64,000 nucleotides of DNA from the NCBI GenBank assembly GCA_951406725.2, contig OX597820.1:122574001-122638000 (forward strand). The letters run 5' to 3'. This DNA comes from Octopus vulgaris (lineage: Eukaryota). The position numbers and the translations under genes are program-made. Below are positions 54,985 through 64,000 of the stretch, one piece after another; the stretch's first letter is position 1; each line of letters starts with the position of its first letter. The notes under the pieces are model-generated. The model saw nothing but the letters and a program-made list of their open reading frames with translations. It was not told where the DNA came from and made no database searches.

Positions 54985-55690
54985 ATATAAAATAGAAAAG
55001 AGTGAAAAACTACAGAAGGCTTGTTTTATAAGGTTAAAGAATATATTTAAGTCGTTATGTTAGAGAAATGTTATAAAATTTTGTGTAACATAGTTTTTGG
55101 AGAAATAACCGGTTTCGTGTTAACTTTTCAAATTTCTTTACCTACATCGTGTCATGTCTTCGTTATGAAGTGAAAAGAAGAGTTCCAGGCAGGGAGAGGT
55201 AATCAGGGATTTCTTCCGGTATAAGGGAGATAATCGCTTTATATTTTTTTCCCTTTTTTTCAATTAGATGAGTTTCTCTATATAAGAATGTTAGGATGGT
55301 TAAGCTCAGGCATTATATTTTTCAATGAAGAATGTTTCTTTGTTTAATCTAATTTGTGTTGGTGTTCCAATAGCACATTGATAGAATGGAAAGATTAAAA
55401 ATTGTGGTAGTAGTTGCTTTGCGCATTTCTCAATATGCTCACTAAAGGGTATCATTCTGTATTCTGGGAATGCAATCTGTTGTCGATGCAGAGTGCATCT
55501 GCATCTGAGTGATAATCCCGTGGACCCTACGTAGTTTTGGTGGCAGTCCGATCATCTTAGGACATAAATTAAGTTTTCAGAAGCACAAGTGATATTAGAT
55601 CTGATCTTGAATTTTTGTCCCTCTTCGAAAAGGAATTCTGATCCTTCTAGAAGGTTTGGGCATGTTGCACAGTTTGGTCTACCACATTTT
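54985..55690 (-). mobile_element. Penelope-like 3' fragment: GIY-YIG domain (about 55690-55295) followed by pLTR
   Basis: Minus strand CGRPNCATCPNL, ITCASENLIYVL, YVGSTGLSLRCRCTLHRQQI, PFYQC, RLNKETFFIEK. Confidence 0.9.
55101..55137 (-). ncRNA. Minimal hammerhead ribozyme with U3-A8 core
   Basis: Minus strand reads AGAAAT TTGAAAA GT-TAAC-AC GAAAC CG GTT ATTTCT; it lies sense and 3' of the Penelope GIY-YIG ORF. Confidence 0.7.
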
Positions 55691-55984
55691 TTTTACTTTT
55701 GCATCCGTAGTGTGTGTGTGTGAGTGTAATGAGAAAGATAGATAGATAGATAAGTAGGTAAATGGATTAGTAAACAGATAAGTAGATAGATAGGTACACA
55801 CGTAACACAGACAGACAAGCACATACAAACACAAACATGAATACTTACAAACGTACACAGACGCATACATACATGCGTATGTGTATACACATGCACACTG
55901 ACGCACACACATGTGAAAGGATGAGTGTATATCAGCCGAAGTCCTTGCATGAATATGTTAGAAGAAAGCTGAGCTGATAGTAAC

Positions 55985-57175
55985 ATTGACCCTCAAAGTG
56001 GTCTCTCAGGGATTACCAATTCCTACTTGGAATGGCATACATTTGCAATTCAGAAACAAGAAATATCAACCAAATCCCTAAAGCACAAAAGGAATAGACG
56101 CAGGGAAAGCAGCTAAATGTGACGGCCGATGCAGACTGGAGTTAATACCGAAGATATCACCCATAGCACAAACAGTTGCCAGGAAATGTCATCACGGTAT
56201 TATCTACCGATGAGACATGTTGCAAGGACACTGTGTAACGAGATCCGTCTGAAAGATAACCCCAAGGCCAAAGAAATAAGAACGTATAGTATGGTAGATG
56301 CCATAGCCACTCATAATAAAAAAAACGAGAACTGGTGGAATGTCCGGGTGAAAAACCTCACTAAAATGTAGGCATAATAGACGTGATATAGTAATTCGGG
56401 ATAGAGAAATTGTGTGTAATTGTGGAAATCACGCTGAACTATTGAGGAATGTAGAGTTACTCTATCCAGATTGCAAGTAGTTATTGTGGCACTGGGATAT
56501 GTAACACACTGCCTAAATACCAATCTTGGGAAATTAGGTTTTTCAGAAAGGAGAGAACTGATTTGAAAACTACAGATCAAGTCCATCACTGTTTGTTTGT
56601 TCCTTCTCGAGCCATGCCTGGCTCATAAGGACCGGTTTACCGGTTTCTTGGCGTATAGGTTCCCCCATCTGGACGGGACGCCGGTCCGTCGCAGGTGAGC
56701 TGCAAGATGCAGGAGGAAAGAGTGAGAGAAAGTTGTGGCGAAAGAGTCAGCAGAAGTTTGCCCTTATCTTCTGCCGGAGCCGCGTAGAGCTTAGGTGTTT
56801 TCGCTCATAAACACACACATCGCCTGGTCTGAGATTCGAACCCGCGATCCCTCGACCGCGAGTCCGCTGCTCTAACCACTAGGCCATGTGCCTCCACAAG
56901 TCCATCACTGGAACTGTAAATGTCTGTAAAACTTTCCAGAAATTTATCATTTAAGTATATATAAGCATGTCTAGACATTCAACTAAATGCATGAGAATGC
57001 ATATATAAAACAAAAGATGCAAATCTGCACATATCCATCCATATATATATACACATACATAAATACATACAAAAAGCCCTGTTGATGTTGTTGAAATTTC
57101 AATGAAGGATCCTTGGATCTAGGTTAGAAACTGGATCTTTCTCTACTGGCAACAAATATTGAAATAAAACTGAAT
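55985..57175 (+). mobile_element. R4/Dong-like element 3' portion (zinc knuckle and RLE region), interrupted by a SINE
   Basis: EDITHSTNSCQEMSSRYYLPMRH and VIVALGYVTHCLNTNLGKLGFSE; the frame resumes after the SINE with TGTVNVCKTFQKFII. Confidence 0.8.
56592..56896 (-). mobile_element. tRNA-derived SINE, family D, tail type 2
   Basis: TSD CAAGTCCATCACTG at 56578-56591 and 56897-56910; B box GGTTCGAATCT; (AAAC)n tail. Confidence 0.95.
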
Positions 57176-57879
57176 GACATGGATACACACATGGATACAT
57201 ACATGCAGGTATTTCATTGGTCAGATGTCCATATCTCAAAAATGTGAGCGGTCATACTTTTATATGCAGTATATTCCTGGTTAGAACATTACCGACGTTT
57301 CACACTGAATATAAAAATATAATATCTACACAATATTGACGATTCTTTAGAAATGCTGTCCGGAAATGCAAAGCTTATTTTTATGCAAGAGTTAAATCCA
57401 GTTCTGGTTTTCTTGGGGATGATAAAGAAAAAGGATGAAGACAACCTACAACATTTTCCTGGAAGAAAGAAATGTTATTCCTCTTGGGACATTGTTAGCT
57501 GTTACTGAAGGGGTCAGCTGTATGTGCGTTTATATTTCCGTTCTCTAACCCGTTCTCTAGGACGATAACGATACCAAAATAAATTTCTATCATGAGGGCA
57601 GCAACGAAATATTTCGCTTTTTGAGTTCAGAATGCTATCTAGATCATGTGAACTCAAAAGACAATGTTCTATTCAGTTCAGATCAATCAAAAGCTTTCGA
57701 TAGGCTCGATCATCAATACTTGTAGGCAGTCCTCACGGCAATCAATTCTGACCTCATCTTCCTCAATTGAATCACTGCAATGTTCAGCGACATTTGACCA
57801 GTGTTTCAGGCGAATGGCTAATTATTGGAATTATCCCGTACCATGTACTCAGTCTGACGAAGTCCCATTCTCATAACTT

Positions 57880-58960
57880 CAGTATGTACTGACTATTGAG
57901 CCACTACTGCGGAAACTAGAGACGCTGAGCGGCATCCCGCGCCAACAAGGTTGTGGAAGATCCGTGTCGGTATGTGTAGACGACGTCAACATCATAATGT
58001 TTGAAGATCAATGTACATCGAGGTGATGGGCCCTGTCCGAAAGGAATACGAGGCGGTGACAGGGGCAAAACCTTAACCAATGAAAATCATTGGGCCTGCT
58101 GCTCAGCACCAGAAGAGGCACGTCCACACCATCCAACAGCGTCGTGGGATGCTGGATAGACGGATTGATTAAATTACCAGGAGTTATGCTTAGACCACAC
58201 GTTCTGGCAAAGATGAATGGAGTGAGTTGATGAGTATGGTGTATTGTATTGCTATCTATCCTGAACGAACTGTCGGTCAACCCTAAATAGTTAACAAAGA
58301 AAGCATTATTACAATCTGACATGCAATCGTTCAATGTCCATTCTTTAGAGACTTGTTGTGTGTCATGCAGGGGTTGTCTCGCAGAAAACGAATCTGGCTG
58401 CCTGCTGACAGTGTAGTAAATATCGAGTCTCTACCTTCGTTTAGCAGAGAAGGCCGGTAAATCTTTCTCTGCTTAATGACTGTTGTGAAAGAGGTGATGT
58501 GGTAGATCCATCTAAAAGATTTGAACACCGAAACTTCCCTACAAGGCCAAGTTCTCCTCAATTTCTTCAAGCACCATTTGAATAGGAATGTGATGTTCGA
58601 GGCGGAAGTGTTGCTTCTCTGCGTTTACGGAAAGGTGAATGGCATTGGCAAAACTGGTGAGGTTAAAGGAACCTTCTTTGAGTAAGCTTTTCTAAGTAGA
58701 AGGAAAGGAACTGGAAGTTGGTACTTCTGATGTCTTGCAAGTGGTAGACTAACGCGGGAAATTTTACGTGGGGTTTTCCCCAAATTACCTTTGTCGACTG
58801 CCTAGCTGTTGATGATGTATATTTTCATGAATTCTACTTTGGTATCATTTTATTTTATCCTTATTGCTTATTCTCTTTTCCATTGACATAAAACCCATAT
58901 ATTTTGTTTGTTGTATTTCGGTTTCTGATATTGTCCTGAATGTTTTAGGTCTTTATGGTT
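57880..58960 (+). mobile_element. Decayed L1/Tx1-like fragments
   Basis: YVLTIEPLLRKL...SVSVCVDDVNI...YEAVTGAK, resembling the L1/Tx1 RT region around YADD. Confidence 0.6.
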
Positions 58961-59113
58961 AGTCAAAGAAATTATTTGTTGTTTAGGCAGAATCCGTAGA
59001 CCAGTCAGTGTGTGGACAAAATACTTAACGACATTTCTCTCTGATTTTTACGTGTTCAGTGCGAATCCCGCCAAGGTGAACTTTGCCTCTCATTTTTCCG
59101 GGCTCGAGAAAAT

Positions 59114-59725
59114 AGAGGCTTCAATGAAAGGAAAATGACAACGCTTTTCAAAAGAAGATTTGTTTTTTCTAGTTCCGAGCTGCGAAAACTAATAAGGAGA
59201 GTACAGGAGGCGGTCGAAAAAGCCAGCTTCTATATATGGCTGAAGCAGGAAGACCAAAAATGGCTTGAAAGTCATAACATGCCGGCAGGAAATAACATCA
59301 TTAGGTGAAACAAGCTGACACTGAATCAGCTTCGCTGATTGACAGGTGACAGTCTCGTTTAGAGAATGCGTGAGCTAAGACTATGCGCCTTCATTGGTCA
59401 GTTAAAGTTGAGACAGTGTCACGTGACAACTTGCTGGGGCTGCCTGCTGTAGGCTGACAGCAGGTATTTAAAGGGAAAAGTTTGACAACTCAGTCAGTCA
59501 CCGGCTGACACTCGCTGACGATACATCGAAGAGGCCAGGGAACAGAAGAAAGAAGACATGCACTCAACACCAGAGCTGAAGACACCTCCGAAAGGGGGGG
59601 GCGCCACGTCAAAACGGTAGAGGAGTAGGGGCCGAAACCGGACGTGGTTCCTCCTGATGATATCTTGAGCTAACTGGATCCTATAAAGGAGCTGTTGTGG
59701 TAGCAAACCACGAAACACGGTTGTA
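59114..59725 (+). mobile_element. Hero-like (R2-group, RLE-type) non-LTR element: ORF C-terminus and 3' UTR
   Basis: Open frame RGFNERKMTTLFKRRFVFSSSELRKLIRRVQEAVEKASFYIWLKQEDQKW to TGA at 59306-59308, resembling the Hero C-terminal pattern CRGF...AEKAS.W.WLKR. Assignment is by motif recall. Confidence 0.7.
59603..59667 (+). ncRNA. Candidate non-cyclically permuted (pseudoknotted) hammerhead ribozyme
   Basis: GCCACGTC AAAA CGGT A GAGGA GTAGGGGCC GAA ACCG GACGTGGT TCCTC CTGATGA TATCTTG. Confidence 0.6.
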
Positions 59726-59827
59726 ATTCCTTCCTAGTCATGTACTGAGGTCGACAGAATCGATTTGCTGGCCTTGTGTCAAAATCAGAAAAAATATTTT
59801 TGTCGTAATTATATCATTATAAGTAGC

Positions 59828-59866
<39 letters not shown>

Positions 59867-60911
59867 GATGGCTGTATTTCAACAACCTCATCATTATGAA
59901 GTGTTGCATTCGGTCTGCGAATGAACAGCCGCCATTGGAATGCATAATAAATATATAAATAACAACCCAAAGAGTTTCCAGAAATTAAAAAAAAAAAACA
60001 GTAGTGACTGAAAGAAATGGCAAAAAAAAAGAAAAGGAATCAAAAAGCTAGAAATAAGAATTGCTGTTATAATTGTAAATGACATAGATGTCTGAAGTAA
60101 AACCTGCTCACCATACAGATGCGGTGTTGTTAGGAGATGCTTACAGAAATACATAGAAACCTATTGAATATCCTGTTATTCAGCGACGTTCGGAACGGTT
60201 TTTATGTTTTATGCATAAAGACAAAATATTGATCAAATTGCCAATATAACCACTCTTAAATCGCTGCTCCACCACAATAATTCTCTCTCCAGCCTGTATC
60301 TTATATCCCCTGCCCCATCACCACCACCACCACCACCACCACCACCGCCGACGACAACAACATCTACAACAATATAGCATATAACAAAAAGAACTTCCTG
60401 AAGTGGGTTTCCTTGTGGTCAAGCGATCTGCTAGAAACAGCAGCTAGATCGCTTGAAATGAACCCTACCACCTTATAAAGAAACGATCGGTGAAGAAAGG
60501 GAAGTTAGATATCCTATTACTGTAAACATGGTTGGGAACTGATAACTGTGCAGCTTTTTATGTCAGGCCTATTGAATCAAGGCGGACCTGGAGTAAAACG
60601 TCAACAACGATAACACAAAACTGCCAAGATCATCATACTGTACACAGCCACCATGACCACCACCACCATTACTAACATCCGTACCATTCCCTAGTAAAAC
60701 AACACCTCCAAACAGTTTCCGTCTTGGTTTAGTGGAAGTTATGAGATTTGCCTCTGATAATAACGATGATCGTTTCAGATCTCATATGACGGAATCGAAT
60801 TTAGGCTTGAGGAACGGAGAGACGAGTATCTTTCAAATTCTCGTTATTTTTCTTTCGCTTCGTTTATGTGTCCATCTCTTTGTAGGGTTTATGTGTTTGT
60901 GTGTGTGTGTG

Positions 60912-62760
60912 TACTTTGATAGGTTTCGGCCAGTATTGGCCCAGGCCATGACTAACTTAACAGCACCACCTGGCAAAGTCATTTAAATCAGGAATCGGAC
61001 AACATGGACCACTCGACGAGAGAGTTATTGTTTATGGAGTCATTTCCGGGTGTTTATGTGGGAGGTTTATGTGGGATTTTTGAAGGAATTTGTCCAAACT
61101 CTTCTTGAACTTTATGGGGTCTATTTCTGCTTTAATGAGTTTTGGTGTAATGTTAAAGAGATCGGGGCCAATTGAGGTGAAATAATTGCGCCGTATAGTT
61201 GTTATGTGATGCGAATATGATTTGTTGTGATTTAGCACGGGGCCCAAGTCTTGGGTGTATCTTAAAGGTGATGCTAACATCACTTGGGCAATGCTGATGG
61301 AATATTTTCCGCATCATGCAGATGATGTAGCGCTCAAAAGCTTGAGCTTTTCTAGTCGACCCCAATAGTCAAGGCCTGTAATGCCAACTATCTTTTTTGT
61401 AATTGATCTTTGAGGTGCTTCAGTTTTCATGATAATTTGTTTCGTGTGGGGAGACCACAGAGGACAACAGTATTCAAAGAGGGGTCGGGCAAAAGTAGAG
61501 AAGAGAAGGATATTGATATGGATATCTCTCGACTGGAAAGTTTCTGAGAATCCAAGAAAACATTCTGCAAGCTATGTCAACTTTGCTGTTTGTATGAGCG
61601 GTCCAGCTTATATTGTCCATATGATTGTCCAAGTCTGATGTTGCTGGATGCTTTGAGAGGATAGTATGGGAGTTTCGGAGTATCCTCTTTTCTGAAGTAT
61701 ATTGACTCAAATTTCTCCTCGTTCAGCAGCATATTATTCTTTCCCGCCAGCAGATCTGGCTGAAGGTATGCCCGGTCGCCCACTTCATTGATGACTTTCT
61801 GGATCTTGGAATCATCTGAAAAGGTTCTTGTATTACTGTGCTTGATGATGTCAGTAATGCCACTGATGTAGATGATGAAAAGAAGCGGGCCCAACACCGT
61901 GCCTTGTGGAACACCACTACCGACTTTGGCTGGGCTTGATTTTACTCCTTCGACTACAACATGTTGGATCCTGGTTGTCAGGAAACACTCGATCCATTGT
62001 AGTAACTTTCCAGAGACCCCAATTTCGGATAGTTTTTTTCAAGAGGATCTTATGATCCACCCTGTCAAAGACCTTACTGAAATCATGGTAGATGACAACA
62101 GTATTCGAGCCCTCTCCCAAAGCTCTAAAAATGTCATCAAGGTGATGCAGAAGCTGTGTGAGGCATTTCCTTCCATTACGGAACTGATATTGGTTGAGGT
62201 TCAGCAGTCTGTTGCTTTCAAGAAAGTGGGTTATCCGTGATCTCACCACCCTCTCAAATACCTTGATGATATGAGAAGTGAGCGAAATCGGCCGGTAGTT
62301 CATTGCAAGGGACTTGTTTCCCCTCTTTGAACAGACTGGGACAAAGTTCTCAGGAATATAATCAGCATCCAGTGAGTTCCTCCATAAATTAGCAAGAGGA
62401 GATGCAAGTTGATGTCGACACACATTCAGGACACAAGCAGGGAACATATCAGGGCCTACTGTTGAATTGTGTTCAGTTTTGTTTATTGCCGCTAAGACAT
62501 CAGGGACGCCAAACGTTATGTCCGATATAGTTTGTTGGGGATTAACAATACTGATACAATCCAGATTGGCCATATCCGGATTGCTAAAAACAGAGCAGTA
62601 CTGTTTCTGCAGCACCTCACTCATGGTTTTGTTATTATCCTGGAGATTGCCATTTTCATCAATTAGAGGGCAAATACTGGAGACAGTGACTTTTTTGGCA
62701 AAAGAGAACACTTTGGTGTTGTTTGATTTTTCTCAACGGCCCATTTCTCTTCAGCTGTTC
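60912..62760 (-). mobile_element. LINE (CR1/L2 group), about 1.85 kb RT to 3' end, decayed
   Basis: GPDMFPACVL, NYRPISLTSHIIKVFERVV, YHDFSKVFDRVDH, GVPQGTVLGPLLFIIYI, FSDDSKI, terminal GGTGGTGC...GGCCGAAACCTATCAAAG. Confidence 0.93.
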
Positions 62761-62772
62761 TTTTATTATTGA

Positions 62773-63094
62773 CTAGCACTATGACCCGGCAACGCCGGGT
62801 CATACACGCGAGTACTGTCCAAATCTCTGACCAGTCACATACAGCTAGCTGGCATTCAATTGGCGTATCAAGTTTCGGGTATCTTGAATGAATTTTGTAT
62901 AGAAAATTCACAAAAAGTCACTTCTATTGATTTCTTAATGGCTTTACGGGGTGACTGGGGAAATGTAAAGATGTGCACGAACACCCTTGGACGGTTTTAA
63001 ATGACCATAGAAAGTGCAAGCCCTCTGACTGAAAAATTGTGGATTTGTATAAAAGACACACACACAGACATTTTGCCGTTTATATATAGAGAGA
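62773..63094 (-). mobile_element. Non-autonomous Helitron-like element
   Basis: Minus strand 5' TCTCTCTATATATAAACGGCA, hairpin TATGACCCGGC-GTT-GCCGGGTCATA, 3' CTAG, A|T insertion site. Confidence 0.88.
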
Positions 63095-63431
63095 TGATGG
63101 TCTTCATGTATTGTTGAAGGTTTTTGATTCGAGCAGCGTGATAGCCGTCGAATATATGCGTGGCTGTTGGCAGAGTTTTAGTTTGCTAAATTTTTGTTCT
63201 TTTTATTTTTCTGATAATCGTTTTTCTGTTTTGGGAAATTATACACTTAGTTTTCTTCACAGGTTTTGGTGGAGTGAGTTTAGCACATATGTTTGTGACA
63301 GTGTCTAGAAGATCTGCCAGAATATTTTGAGTGAGGTGTGTGCATGTGTTAAAGACCAGTCAAAATGTGATAACTCGTTTATGATTGCGTCCCAGTCGGC
63401 ATCATAGAGATCGATGATATCAAATGGCTAT

Positions 63432-63481
<50 letters not shown>

Positions 63482-63484
<3 letters not shown>

Positions 63485-63697
63485 AGAAAATAGTAAGAAG
63501 TGAAAAAACTACAGAAGGCTTGTTTTATAAGATTAAAGAATATATTTGAGTCATTATGTTGGAAGAATGTTATAAAATTTTTATGTTACTGTATGAAAAA
63601 ATTTTATAACATTCTTCCAACATAATGACTCAAATATATTCTTTAACCTTATAAAACAAGCCTTCTGTAGTTTTTTCACTTTTTACTATTTTCTATA
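63482..63697. repeat. Inverted repeat with about 100-bp arms and about 14-bp spacer, made from the pLTR end of the 54985 Penelope family
   Basis: The arms match each other and 54990-55085. Confidence 0.93.
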
Positions 63698-63734
63698 TAT
63701 CCAACCACGTGCTTTCACACACCAACTTTCTCAC

Positions 63735-63824
<90 letters not shown>

Positions 63825-64000
63825 TAGATTGAAAGATAGATATAAATATGCATATAACTTGACTGAAGAAACAAGGCCACGAATGACCCGTCCTTCCCCC
63901 CCCCCAGCCTAATTGTTGTCTTTCCTGTCCGCCTTTGTATCGTCCATCTGTCCGAATGCTTTATTGTCCTCTATTGCGATTTTGTTCTATTTTTATTGCT

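Overview
AT-rich, microsatellite-dense eukaryotic DNA whose repeat content points to an octopus (inference). The only host coding sequence I can support is the last exon of a teneurin gene (+, 1435-2303). It is followed by about 11 kb of transposon-poor sequence that may be a very long 3' UTR. From about 13.8 kb onward the window is mostly decayed mobile elements: four tRNA-derived SINE families, CR1/L2-group, R4/Dong, Tx1/L1 and Hero-like LINE fragments, Penelope-like elements, a Buster-type hAT, a mariner, Merlin-like MITEs and Helitron-like elements. The main signal is RNA structure. At least seven minimal hammerhead-ribozyme (HHR) folds lie in Penelope-type repeats, several with variant cores (U4C, a compensatory U3-A8, A6U). 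Two unrelated repeats, at 59603-59667 (+, 3' UTR of a Hero-like element) and 21484-21567 (-), carry all three hammerhead strands in a non-cyclic order that matches none of types I-III, plus an extra helix and an A-rich linker. All folds were read by eye and none is tested. Many repeat boundaries are approximate.
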